Shown here: piece by piece, positions 1-8,822 of the stretch | How positions within the stretch are numbered: position 1 is the stretch's first letter | Layout of the letters: every line of letters starts with the position of its first letter | Assembly (NCBI GenBank): GCA_965220245.1 | Contig: CBDCPI010000008.1 | Coordinates: 265,264-329,263, forward strand | Direction of reading: 5' to 3' | From: Dehalococcoidia bacterium | GTDB lineage: Bacteria; Chloroflexota; Dehalococcoidia; Lucifugimonadales; UBA3495 | Length of the DNA: 64,000 bases | Made by a program: the position numbers and the translations under genes | Notes under the pieces: model-generated | Seen by the model: only the letters and a program-made list of their open reading frames with translations | Database searches by the model: none | Told to the model about the DNA's origin: nothing

Positions 1-1100
1 TAGCCGAAGTCTTGGAGTGTTATGTTGACCCGGGGTTCCGGGCCAGATTGCCCGAACTGGAGCCTTACAAGGTCCCGGCAGGCCGCCCCGGGGACGGCGA
101 GACCCAAAACCACGTCTATCGGGTAGGCACTAAGCTTTACAAGAGAATCTTGGGCCAAGCCGGGTACGATGACCAGTTTACCGGCCGGGCCACCACTTGG
201 CGGGGCTCCAAGCAACCGCGGCCCGGGGTTAATGATGACAACGCCGAGAACCGGGTCAAGGACATGGACGACGAGGGGGCCGACGTTCACTTCCTGATAC
301 CCAGTTCTTGGAATAGTGTGGTGGGACTGGACGACGTTGACTTGGAACTGGGGCTGGTCCGCGCTTTCCACCGGCACATGTCCGACTTCTGCGGCCAGTA
401 CCCGGACCGCCTGAAGGGAATGATTTTGGCGTCTGGCCGGTCGGTGGAGGATGCGGTCGGCGAAATCCGGCGGTGGGGCGACTCCAAGTGGGCGGTGGCG
501 GTCATGCCCTTGCTGCCCGAGGGTATGCCGGCCGACCACCCGGACTTGGAACCCGTCTGGCAAGCCGCTACGGAACACGACTTGGCAATAGCCCATCACA
601 GTTTCACTTGGAACCCGCCCTACTTCCCCGGTTATCAGGACTTGTGGGACAACATCTTTCTGGGCAGGTTGGCCTCTCACCCTTGGGGCGCCATGAGGTT
701 CATGGCCTCCTTTATCGGCTCGGGTGTCATGGACCGGTACCCCGATATACGCATGGGGGTGTTGGAAGGCGGCTTCGGCTGGCTGCCCTTCTGGACTAGG
801 CGGATGGATGAGCAAGCGTCCTACGTCGGCGGCACCGCCGAGTTGCAGCGTAACTGCAACGAATATATTACCGGGGGCCGTTTCTTTTGCAGCATAGAGA
901 TGCACGAGGGCGAAGACATGTTCAACATGGTCACCAATTTCCTCGGTGACCACGTGCTCATGTTCGCCTCCGACTTCCCCCACTCCGAATGCAGGTTTCC
1001 GGAGTCGGCGGACTACGTCCTGGCTTGGTCCAGCCTCAACGAGCAGACCCGAAGGAAACTAATGTGGGACAACGCCGCCCGGTTCTATAAACAGACTTAG
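1..1100 (+). CDS. Amidohydrolase-2 (ACMSD/LigW-like) family metal-dependent hydrolase, probably 5'-partial
   Basis: The frame is open from the window edge; the track ORF is 12-1100. It has the C-terminal motif LMFASDFPHSE typical of this TIM-barrel family. The N-terminal HxH metal motif is absent, so the true start probably lies upstream. TAG stop at 1098-1100. Confidence 0.7.
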   Translation, partial: AEVLECYVDPGFRARLPELEPYKVPAGRPGDGETQNHVYRVGTKLYKRILGQAGYDDQFTGRATTWRGSKQPRPGVNDDNAENRVKDMDDEGADVHFLIPSSWNSVVGLDDVDLELGLVRAFHRHMSDFCGQYPDRLKGMILASGRSVEDAVGEIRRWGDSKWAVAVMPLLPEGMPADHPDLEPVWQAATEHDLAIAHHSFTWNPPYFPGYQDLWDNIFLGRLASHPWGAMRFMASFIGSGVMDRYPDIRMGVLEGGFGWLPFWTRRMDEQASYVGGTAELQRNCNEYITGGRFFCSIEMHEGEDMFNMVTNFLGDHVLMFASDFPHSECRFPESADYVLAWSSLNEQTRRKLMWDNAARFYKQT

Positions 1101-1112
1101 GAGGGTACGGCC

Positions 1113-2081
1113 ATGGCTAAGAACATCGCAATCTGCGTCGGGACCATCGGCGCCGGACTCTGGCGAAGCGCCGACGGCGGGGACAATTGGGCTAGGGCTA
1201 AAGGCATTTGGGGAGATACCCGCGTCTTCGCGGTAACCGTACACCCCGCCAACGAGAACGTCATCTTTGCCGGGACCGACGAGGGCATCTTCCGCAGCGA
1301 CGATAAGGGGGCCAGCTTTGAACATCTGCCTTCGCCCATGGACTCGCTGCACGTGTGGCGGATGGCCCCGGACCCGGTAGACCCGGAAGTGATTTTCGCC
1401 GGGACCTGCCCTTCGGCCTTGTTCCGCTCCCGGGACGGCGGCGGCCATTGGGAAAAGCTGGCGGTCGACCTAGCCGAGACCTGCCCCAACGTCCGCTTGC
1501 CTCGCGTCACCGCCCTTGAGGTTGATCCCACCGACCACAACATTGTTTGGGCCGGTGTCGAGGTTGACGGCGTCCGGCGCAGCGTGGACGGCGGAGACAC
1601 TTGGACCCGGATTGACGGCGGGTTGAACGACCCCGATATTCATGGCATGGCGATTAGTCCCGCCGGTCCCAAGACGGTGCTCACCAGCACTCCCGGCGAA
1701 GTGTTTGCCAGCACCGACACCGGCGAAAGCTGGCAGGGCTTGGGGGTCCGCCAACACTTTTCCTTGCGCTACTGCCGGGAGATTACGGTGAAGAAGAACG
1801 ACGCCAACGTCCTGTTCGTGGCCGCTGGCGATTCGCCCTTCGGCGTAACCGGGAACATCCAGCGTTCCAAAGACCGGGGTCACACCTGGGAGCAGCTATC
1901 CCTGCCGGTGGAACCCAACACCCCTATGTGGGCCTTTGCCACCCACGAGGCCGACCCGGAGTTGGTCTTGGCTTGCAGCCATTACGGCGAGATCTATTCC
2001 AGCAGCAATGGCGGCGACCGCTGGGACAAACTGCCCCGGGAATTCACCGAAATCAGGAGCATGGCCTGGACGCCGAACTAA
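1113..2081 (+). CDS. BNR/Asp-box repeat beta-propeller protein (sialidase/Ycf48-like fold)
   Basis: Six SxDxGxTW-type Asp-boxes: SADGGDNW, SRDGGGHW, SVDGGDTW, STDTGESW, SKDRGHTW, SSNGGDRW. GGAGGG ribosome-binding site lies 6 nt upstream of the ATG. Confidence 0.75.
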   Translation: MAKNIAICVGTIGAGLWRSADGGDNWARAKGIWGDTRVFAVTVHPANENVIFAGTDEGIFRSDDKGASFEHLPSPMDSLHVWRMAPDPVDPEVIFAGTCPSALFRSRDGGGHWEKLAVDLAETCPNVRLPRVTALEVDPTDHNIVWAGVEVDGVRRSVDGGDTWTRIDGGLNDPDIHGMAISPAGPKTVLTSTPGEVFASTDTGESWQGLGVRQHFSLRYCREITVKKNDANVLFVAAGDSPFGVTGNIQRSKDRGHTWEQLSLPVEPNTPMWAFATHEADPELVLACSHYGEIYSSSNGGDRWDKLPREFTEIRSMAWTPN

Positions 2082-2146
2082 GCCCCGAGACTGGTGAACG
2101 AATCCGCTCATCTGAAACCATTTACGAAAAGGCGAGGAGGAAAACC

Positions 2147-2749
2147 GTGGCCGAAGCCGTAGAGGTTACTGTCTGGTACGACTACACTTGACCCTTCTGC
2201 TATATCGGCCTGGCCAGGCTCGACAAAGTAGCTGAAGAACATCCCATCAAGATAGACCGCAAGGCTTACTTGCTCCAGCCTGACCGTCCTCTGGAAGGGG
2301 AGCCCCGCCGCCTGTTCGATGGGGAGACCGAGACGGAACTCAACCCAGCGATGCAAGAGCGTGCCCGGGGCGTAGGCTTGGTGATGCGCCGCCCCCGGTG
2401 GTCGCCCAACACGGTGAGGGCCCAGGAGGCCACCATTTACGCCAAGGAGCAGGGCAAGGACGGCCAGTTCCATCACTTGGTCGCCGCGGCTTATTGGGAG
2501 AACAGTGCCGACATCGCCGACTTGGGCGCCCTGAAGGGCCTCGCGGAAGCGAGCGGCTTGGACTGGGAAGAACTGTCGCCGCTCTTGGAATCCGGGCATT
2601 ACCGGGACCAAGTGCTTCAAGACTACCAAGCCGCCAGGGAGACCGGAGTTTCCGGGACACCTACTTACTTGATCGCGGGTGAGCTCTTGAGGGGCGATGT
2701 CAGTCTGGAAGACCTACAAGCAGCGGTGGCGCAAGCCCGACAAGGGTAG
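2147..2749 (+). CDS. DsbA/FrnE-like thiol:disulfide oxidoreductase with in-frame TGA (candidate Sec) in a UxxC motif
   Basis: GTG at 2147 lies 6 nt after GGCGAGGAGG. It reads VAEAVEVTVWYDYT-TGA(2189-2191)-PFCYIGLARLDKV and runs in frame into track ORF 2270-2749. The TGA sits where DsbA/FrnE proteins carry the first Cys of CP[WF]C. Confidence 0.7.
2205..2223 (+). promoter_or_regulatory. Candidate SECIS-like hairpin downstream of the DsbA-like TGA
   Basis: tcgGCCTggccAGGCtcga forms a 7-bp stem with one bulged t and a GGCC loop. It starts 14 nt after the TGA. Found by eye, not scored. Confidence 0.35.
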
Positions 2750-2757
2750 CAACGGGT

Positions 2758-5070
2758 TCATTCCCCGGCGTGCAGAGCGCGCCAAATCTTTTCGGGGGTC
2801 AAAGGGGTGTCAATGTGCCGCACTGCCGAGCCGGACAGGGCGTCCATGACCGCATTGGTTACCGCCACGGGAGCGGCCACCGTGGGGAGTTCACCGATGC
2901 CCTTGGCTCCCAAGGGATTTAGCGGCGACGGAGTCTCGATCATGTCCAGAACAATGTTGGGAAACTCGTCGGCAAAGGGAATCGCGTAGTCCATAAAACT
3001 GGCGGTCAAAGGCTGACCCTCCGGGCTGTAGACCATTCCCTCGGTCAGCGCTTGCCCTACCCCTTGCGCGATGGCCCCGTGGACTTGGCCATCGACCAAG
3101 GTGGGATTGATGATGCGCCCGCAGTCATGCACCGCTGCATAGTGGACAATCTTGACCTCACCCGTGTTCCGGTCCACCTCTACCACTGCCACGTGGGCGG
3201 CAAAGGCGAAGGGAGTGCGCGGCAGCGTAAAGGTGCCGCTGAAGTCCAAGCCAACGCTCACCTCTGGGGGAAGGCTTTCTTCGCTATAGGCCGCCGCCGC
3301 TACCTCGGAAAACGCTAAAGTCCGTTCCGGAGCGCTGCCCGCATAAACTTCGCCCGGCCCAAACACCACCTCATCCGGCGAACACCGGAGCAAGGGCGCG
3401 GCCACCAAGGACAGCTTCTCCCGGGCCTCTTGCAACACCACGTGCAGCGCGTTGGCCCCGGCCACGGTGCCCCGGCTGGCGGCGGTGCCGTGCCCGCTGG
3501 GGACGATGGCAGTGTCGCTATGCAACACCTGTACCGCCGCCGGGTCGACCCCCAACTCCCGGCTCACCAACTGGGCGAAAGACGTTTCGGTGCCCTGCCC
3601 GTGGGGCGACAGCCCGGTGTAGGCGGTAACGCTGCCCGATGCGTCAATTTCGACCCGGGCGTACTCGGTGAGGAAGTGCCCTCCTCCCCCGGAGGCCTTT
3701 ACTACCGTCGCCAAGCCAACGCCCAGCAGGGGCTCGTCGGCTCCCTGCTGCCGTGACTTCTCCCGCCAAGCCTGGTAGTCCGCCAGCTCCAAGACCCGGT
3801 CCATCCCCCGCTCGTAGTCTCCCGAATCGTAGGTAAGGCCGGTGGGGGTCTCGTGAGGAAAGCCGTCGTTGGGAATAAAGTTCTTGCGTCTGACCTCGAC
3901 CGGGTCCAACCCCAAGTCCCAGGCGATCAACTCTACGGTGCGCTCCATGCAGAAGGCCGATTCCGGCCCGCCGGCGCCGCGGTACGGTCCGGTAGGCGGC
4001 TTGTTGGTCAATGCGCCCTTCACTTCAACCTGCATCGCCGGGGTCTTGTACGGTCCGGCGATGCGTTGGCCGGCCAACATGGGGACCGCAGCCGTGGCGG
4101 ATAGGAAGTAGGCCCCCAGGTCGGCCACGATCTGCACTTTCATCCCGAGGATAGTCCCATCCTCAGCCGCCGCGGCTTCTACGTCCACCGTATGGCCCCG
4201 GGCTTGGAACGCCAGCATGTTCTCTTGCCGGTCTTCCAACCACTTGATTGGCCGCCCCAGTTGGATGGCTAGGTAAGGGACCAGGATCTCTTCCGGGTAT
4301 ACCGCGCCTTTTTCGCCAAAGCCGCCGCCAACGTCCGGGGCGATGACCCGCACCTTGGCTTGCGGGCGGCCCAACTGGCTGGCTATCTGTTCCCAGACCT
4401 CATGGGGTTCTTGGGTCGAGTCCCAAACCGTGAGCATATCGTCTTGGCGTTGATAGTGCGCCGCTACACCTCGGGGCTCCAACGGCGCTGGCGCCAGTCG
4501 CTGCACCTCATATCGTTGGCTGACGACCCGGTCCGCCTTGGAGAAGGCAGCATCCAGCTCGCCCCCCTCCCGAAAGAGGTGCATCCCCAAGTTGTTGCCC
4601 ATCTCGGCGTGAATCGGCGTGGCGTTGTCCTGCAACGCTGCGAAAGGGTCCGATAGTGCGGGCAACGGCTCATACTCGACGTTCACCAGTCCTGCGGCGT
4701 CCTGGGCCAATTCTGGGGTTTCCGCAACTACAATGGCGACCGCTTGGCCTACATAACAGGCCCGGTCACCGGCTAACACCGGCTGCCCTGGGCCGTTCAT
4801 CACCAGAATCGACTCGTCCGCCCACAGCGGCATCGTCGGAATCGGGGTCAGCACCCCGTCGAGATCGGCCCCGGTATACACCGCAGCTACTCCAAGGAGG
4901 GCCTCGGCCTCGGCGCCGTCGATGCTGCGAATCAAGGCGTGAGCGTGAGGGCTGCGGACCACGACGGCATGAAGCAATTCGGGTAGCTGAATATCGGCCA
5001 CAAACGACCCGGCTCCCACCAGAAGCCGGTGGTCTTCAAAGCGAGTCATAGCTTGTCCTGAAGTGCTCAC
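2758..5070 (-). CDS. Xanthine dehydrogenase/CO dehydrogenase-family molybdopterin-binding large subunit
   Basis: 770 aa. The N-terminus MTRFEDHRLLVGAGSFVADI and the overall layout are typical of CoxL/XdhB-like subunits. GGAGG lies 7 nt upstream of the GTG at 5070. TGA stop. Confidence 0.8.
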   Translation of the reverse strand: MSTSGQAMTRFEDHRLLVGAGSFVADIQLPELLHAVVVRSPHAHALIRSIDGAEAEALLGVAAVYTGADLDGVLTPIPTMPLWADESILVMNGPGQPVLAGDRACYVGQAVAIVVAETPELAQDAAGLVNVEYEPLPALSDPFAALQDNATPIHAEMGNNLGMHLFREGGELDAAFSKADRVVSQRYEVQRLAPAPLEPRGVAAHYQRQDDMLTVWDSTQEPHEVWEQIASQLGRPQAKVRVIAPDVGGGFGEKGAVYPEEILVPYLAIQLGRPIKWLEDRQENMLAFQARGHTVDVEAAAAEDGTILGMKVQIVADLGAYFLSATAAVPMLAGQRIAGPYKTPAMQVEVKGALTNKPPTGPYRGAGGPESAFCMERTVELIAWDLGLDPVEVRRKNFIPNDGFPHETPTGLTYDSGDYERGMDRVLELADYQAWREKSRQQGADEPLLGVGLATVVKASGGGGHFLTEYARVEIDASGSVTAYTGLSPHGQGTETSFAQLVSRELGVDPAAVQVLHSDTAIVPSGHGTAASRGTVAGANALHVVLQEAREKLSLVAAPLLRCSPDEVVFGPGEVYAGSAPERTLAFSEVAAAAYSEESLPPEVSVGLDFSGTFTLPRTPFAFAAHVAVVEVDRNTGEVKIVHYAAVHDCGRIINPTLVDGQVHGAIAQGVGQALTEGMVYSPEGQPLTASFMDYAIPFADEFPNIVLDMIETPSPLNPLGAKGIGELPTVAAPVAVTNAVMDALSGSAVRHIDTPLTPEKIWRALHAGE

Positions 5071-5195
5071 CCGATACCTCCTCGCCGCCCGGCATTTGTG
5101 GGTCTGGAGAATCTCTGGCCCAGCGACGGCCCTATTATATCAACCCTATCTATGTCGGGCTCAGATGTGATTTGGCTTGGTGCTCAACTAGGCAG

Positions 5196-5346
5196 TGTTG
5201 ACATTTGCGATATGAGGCTATCCGGTAATCCCCTCTCGTCATTCCCGCGAAAGCGGGAATCTAAAAACGCTATCAGCCAGTCAGGTTCTCTCCTGTTTGA
5301 GTTCCTGGATTCCCGCTTTCGCGGGAATGACAGGAAAATGTCAACA
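5196..5346. repeat. MITE-like palindromic element, long copy (TIR TGTTGACATT/AATGTCAACA) with two internal GC hairpins
   Basis: The ends match the compact copy at 6856-6937. Internal hairpins are cgtcATTCCCGCgaaaGCGGGAATc (5237-5262) and ggATTCCCGCtttcGCGGGAATgacagg (5307-5334). Confidence 0.6.
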
Positions 5347-5370
5347 GAACCTAATTCCGGCCCCCTAACC

Positions 5371-5515
5371 CGTCATTCCGGCCTTGAGCCGGAATCCAGA
5401 AGTGTTTGCAACCGGCAACGCCTGTCCTGAGGCTCTCCTGAGCACGGTCGAAGGGCTTGTCGAAGGGTTCCTTTTCCTTGGCATTTCTGGATTCCCGCCT
5501 GCGCGGGAATGACGG
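5371..5515. repeat. Second hairpin-pair element, long copy
   Basis: It runs from cgtcATTCCGGCcttgaGCCGGAATcc to ggATTCCCGCctgcGCGGGAATgacgg. It is collinear with 9404-9502 but carries an internal insertion of about 50 bp. Confidence 0.55.
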
Positions 5516-5565
5516 TTGGGCTTCAGAATGTCTTAAAGGGACCATCATTCGAATACCGGATGTGG

Positions 5566-5603
5566 CTCTCAGTGAATTCGCCTCATCAACTCTGAACAGT
5601 TAC
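5566..5603. repeat. Partial right half of the GTAACAGTTCAGA-TIR element family
   Basis: ctctcagtgaattcgcctcatcaactctgaacagttac matches the right ends of the elements at 12958-13059 and 39782-39883. Confidence 0.45.
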
Positions 5604-5684
5604 TTGAACCAGGGTGCCTCGCGGTAAAGGTGATGGTATAGTAGGGGAGTCCTGGCCGGAAGCGGCAGAAACGGAGGTATCCTG

Positions 5685-6851
5685 GTGGATTCCATTCTTA
5701 TAGTTGGCGCCGGGGTCTTTGGCGTCACCGCCGCGCTGGAACTGCGGCGCCGGGGCTACGCGGTCACTCTGGTTGACCCGGGCCCGATACCCCATCCATT
5801 GGCTCCATCCAACGACGTCAGCCGCATGGTGCGCATGGACTACGGCGACGACGAACTGTATGTCGAACTGTGCGCCGAGGCGATACAAGGGTGGCACGCT
5901 TGGAACCGGCGTTGGAATGAGGAAGTCTACCACGAAGACGGCATCCTCATCGCCAGCAGCCAACCGATGACTCCCGGTTCCTTTGAGTACGACAGTTTCG
6001 CCTGCCTGAGCCAGCGAGGCTACGACCTACAACGAATAAACTCGGGCTGGTTGGGGGAACGCTCCTCCCACTGGGACAGCAACAAATACGTGGATGGCTA
6101 TTTCAATCCCCGGGCCGGTTGGGCCGAGGCCGGGAGGGCCGTAGCCTTATTGGCGGCGGAGGCCAAGGCCAGCGGCGTGGAAGCAATAACGGGAGTCAAC
6201 GTAACCGGAGTTGTTGAAAACGGCTCCCAGGTTACCGGAGTGGCCACGGCGGAAGGAAACAGGATAAGCGCCGACTTGGTGGTGATGGCGGCTGGTGCTT
6301 GGACACCCGCACTGCTGCCCCAACTTGCCGACGTGATGGAGCCGGTGGGCCAGCCTATTTTCTACCTCAAGCCGGAGGGTCCCGGTGCATTCCAGGGCCG
6401 GAATTTCCCGCCTTGGGCCGCCGATGTGCCCCGCACCGGCTGGTACGGATTCCCCGCCAACCGGGACGGCATAGTCAAGATAGCCAACCACGGGCCGGGG
6501 CGGCCCTCCAGACCCAGCGAGTCGCGGGACCTTACGCTGCAAGAAACTGACCGTTTCCGGAAGTTCATCAACGACAACCTTCCTTCCCTTGCCGAAGCCC
6601 CAATCGTTAACCGCCGGTTGTGTTGGTACTGCGACACTTGGGACGGCAATTTCTGGGTGGGTCACGACCCGCAACGGTCCGGCTTGGTGGTGGCCACCGG
6701 CGGCAGCGGCCATGCTTTCAAGTTCGCGCCGGTGTTAGGCCAAGTCATTGCCGACGCCGTCGAGCGAGTCGACACCCCTTACACCCGCCGCTTCGACTGG
6801 CGACCCCGGGGCGAGGCCAAAGCCGAAGCCCTCCGGTATACTGGTGATTAG
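5685..6851 (+). CDS. FAD-dependent oxidoreductase (DAO/sarcosine-oxidase-like)
   Basis: N-terminal Rossmann motif ILIVGAGVFGVTAALELRRRGYAVTLVD. GGAGG lies 7 nt before the GTG start. Confidence 0.75.
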   Translation: MDSILIVGAGVFGVTAALELRRRGYAVTLVDPGPIPHPLAPSNDVSRMVRMDYGDDELYVELCAEAIQGWHAWNRRWNEEVYHEDGILIASSQPMTPGSFEYDSFACLSQRGYDLQRINSGWLGERSSHWDSNKYVDGYFNPRAGWAEAGRAVALLAAEAKASGVEAITGVNVTGVVENGSQVTGVATAEGNRISADLVVMAAGAWTPALLPQLADVMEPVGQPIFYLKPEGPGAFQGRNFPPWAADVPRTGWYGFPANRDGIVKIANHGPGRPSRPSESRDLTLQETDRFRKFINDNLPSLAEAPIVNRRLCWYCDTWDGNFWVGHDPQRSGLVVATGGSGHAFKFAPVLGQVIADAVERVDTPYTRRFDWRPRGEAKAEALRYTGD

Positions 6852-6855
6852 GGTG

Positions 6856-6937
6856 TGTTGATATTGCGATATGAGGCGATCCAGCAACTCCATATCGTCA
6901 TTCCCGCGAAAGCGGGAATGACAGGAAAATGTCAACA
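6856..6937. repeat. MITE-like palindromic element, compact copy (82 bp)
   Basis: TIR tgttgatatt / aatgtcaaca around the hairpin cgtcATTCCCGCgaaaGCGGGAATgacagg. Same family as 5196-5346. Confidence 0.6.
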
Positions 6938-6993
6938 GAACCTAGTTTCTGGACAAATGGCGCAACGCAGGACTAACCAAAGGAGAAGTTATT

Positions 6994-7197
6994 GTGAGTT
7001 CATCAGTCCCGGAAGAGGTCTCCCTGGAAAGATTCAAGATGTTGGCGGAATTGGCAGGGTTGGGAATGACGGACCAAGAGATGGAGGACCTTAAACCTCT
7101 GTACGACCTGCATTATGAGTACGTCAAGCAGTTGCACTCTCTTAACTTCGGGGCCGAAGAGAGCGCAGTCTCCTTCCAACCCGACTGGCCCGCTTGA
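6994..7197 (+). CDS. GatC-like small protein (AtzG-like partner of the downstream amidase)
   Basis: 67 aa. LERFKMLAELAGLGMTDQEMEDLKPLYDLHYEYVKQLHSLNF resembles the GatC helix pattern. AAAGGAG ribosome-binding site with a GTG start. It lies 30 nt upstream of the amidase gene. Confidence 0.5.
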   Translation: MSSSVPEEVSLERFKMLAELAGLGMTDQEMEDLKPLYDLHYEYVKQLHSLNFGAEESAVSFQPDWPA

Positions 7198-7227
7198 TCT
7201 ATTCCAATAGGTGTTGAGAGGCAGAAA

Positions 7228-8634
7228 ATGGCTGACACTACTACGGATCTACATTTCCTGACTATCCGGGAAGCAAGCGACTTGCTCCGCCGCCAAGAGC
7301 TATCCCCGGTGGAACTCACCCGCGCTATGTTGGACCGCATCGATGCCACCGACGGCCAGCTTCATTCTTTCGTTACCCTATTGCGGGACGAGGCCTTGGA
7401 GCAGGCCAGGACCGCCGAGGCCGAGATTCTCAGCGGCAGCTACAAAGGGCCTCTGCACGGCATTCCCATCGCCTTAAAGGACCTTTACGATACCGCCGGA
7501 GTGCGCACCGCGTCGGGCTCTCGGGTCGACCTAGCGCGGGTGCCCACTGAGGACTGCACGGCCTACGCTAGGCTCAAGGCCGCTGGCACGGTGCTGCTGG
7601 GCAAGCTGGCGATGCACGAGTTCGCCTTGGGCGGCCCGGACTGGACCACTCCCTTCGAGCCGGCGCGCAACCCTTGGAACCTGGACCACATCACCGGAGG
7701 CTCCTCCAGCGGCTCCGGTTCGTCCGTGGCCGCCGGACAGGCTATGGGAGCGTTGGGCTCCTGCACCGGCGGTTCTATCAGGGGCCCCGCCTCCCTGTGC
7801 GGGATTGTGGGGCTGAAAGCGACCTACGGCCGGGTAAGCCGGGCCGGGGTGGTGACCCTTAGCTGGTCCCAAGACCATTGCGGCCCCATGACTTGGACCG
7901 TGGAGGACACCGCCTACATGCTCCAAGCCATGGCCGGGTACGACCCCAAGGACCCCACCACCAGCACAGCGCCCGTTCCCGACTACTCCCGGTCTTTGAG
8001 AGAGGACGTCAGGGGCCTTACTATCGGGGTGCCCCGCCACTTCTTCTTCAGTGACGACCCCCACGTCAATCCTGAGGTAGTGTCTACGGTCGAGAGAGGG
8101 TTGGAGGCGCTGCAGGAGTTGGGGGCCAACCTGCAAGAGGTGACGATCCCCAGCCTGGAATACGTTCGCCCGGCCAATGTGGTGATTATGCTCAGTGAGG
8201 CCTATGCCTACCACGAGCCCAATCTAAAGGCCCGGGCGGAAGACTTTGGGGAGATTGTCCGGGGCCGCTTTCGTATCGGCGGGATGCTCAACGCCAGCGA
8301 CTACCTTCAAGCCCAACGGTGCCGCCAGTGGATCAAACGGGAGGTCGCGGAGGTCATGCGGGGGGTGGACTTGTTGGTCACTCCGACCATGACCCAGCCA
8401 GCGGCGGCCTTTGAAGGCTACGATCCCGCCAGTACGGTGCGGGGGCCGAGCTTCACCGCCCCCTTCAACGTTACCGGGCTGCCGGCCATTTCCGTGCCCT
8501 GCGGCTTCACGGTCAACGGGTTGCCCATCGGTATGCAGATCGTCGGCAAGCCTTTCGACGAGCCCGCGGTACTACAAGCGGCCTACACCTATCAGCAGTA
8601 CGCCCGCTGGTACGACCGCCGCCCGCCCATCTAG
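7228..8634 (+). CDS. Amidase-signature family amidase (GatA/AtzE-like)
   Basis: 468 aa with the signature GGSSSGSGSSVAAG and the KDLYDTAGVRT region. Confidence 0.85.
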   Translation: MADTTTDLHFLTIREASDLLRRQELSPVELTRAMLDRIDATDGQLHSFVTLLRDEALEQARTAEAEILSGSYKGPLHGIPIALKDLYDTAGVRTASGSRVDLARVPTEDCTAYARLKAAGTVLLGKLAMHEFALGGPDWTTPFEPARNPWNLDHITGGSSSGSGSSVAAGQAMGALGSCTGGSIRGPASLCGIVGLKATYGRVSRAGVVTLSWSQDHCGPMTWTVEDTAYMLQAMAGYDPKDPTTSTAPVPDYSRSLREDVRGLTIGVPRHFFFSDDPHVNPEVVSTVERGLEALQELGANLQEVTIPSLEYVRPANVVIMLSEAYAYHEPNLKARAEDFGEIVRGRFRIGGMLNASDYLQAQRCRQWIKREVAEVMRGVDLLVTPTMTQPAAAFEGYDPASTVRGPSFTAPFNVTGLPAISVPCGFTVNGLPIGMQIVGKPFDEPAVLQAAYTYQQYARWYDRRPPI

Positions 8635-8693
8635 GCCCGGCGGAAACACGCCCTAAAACTACTGATGCGTGAACAATTACCTAAACCATTCTT

Positions 8694-8790
8694 CGTCTTT
8701 CCGGCCTTGAGCCGGAATCCAGAAATTCTGAGGACAAGAACGTAGCTGACGGAGAGCGGTCCTGGTTTCCGTCCTTCGCCGGAATGACGG
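8694..8790. repeat. Pair of GC hairpins of the ATTCCGGC family
   Basis: cgtctTTCCGGCcttgaGCCGGAAtccag at 8694-8722 and ggtTTCCGtccttCGCCGGAAtgacgg at 8764-8790. Confidence 0.5.
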
Positions 8791-8822
8791 AGGAGAGGAC
8801 AGTTTAGAAACTTATTCACGTA

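Noticed and set aside
1098-1115. Stop-codon readthrough between the amidohydrolase and the BNR gene, which share a frame.
   Set aside because: The stop is TAG and is followed by a GGAGGG ribosome-binding site and a well-placed ATG. No conserved motif spans the junction, unlike the two TGA cases.
5098-5548. Track ORFs 5098-5430 (+) and 5351-5548 (-) in the 5.1-5.6 kb gap.
   Set aside because: They are translations of the hairpin/MITE repeats, with SFPRKRESK and HSGLEPES-type peptides. They have no ribosome-binding site, and the same peptides recur wherever the repeat occurs.
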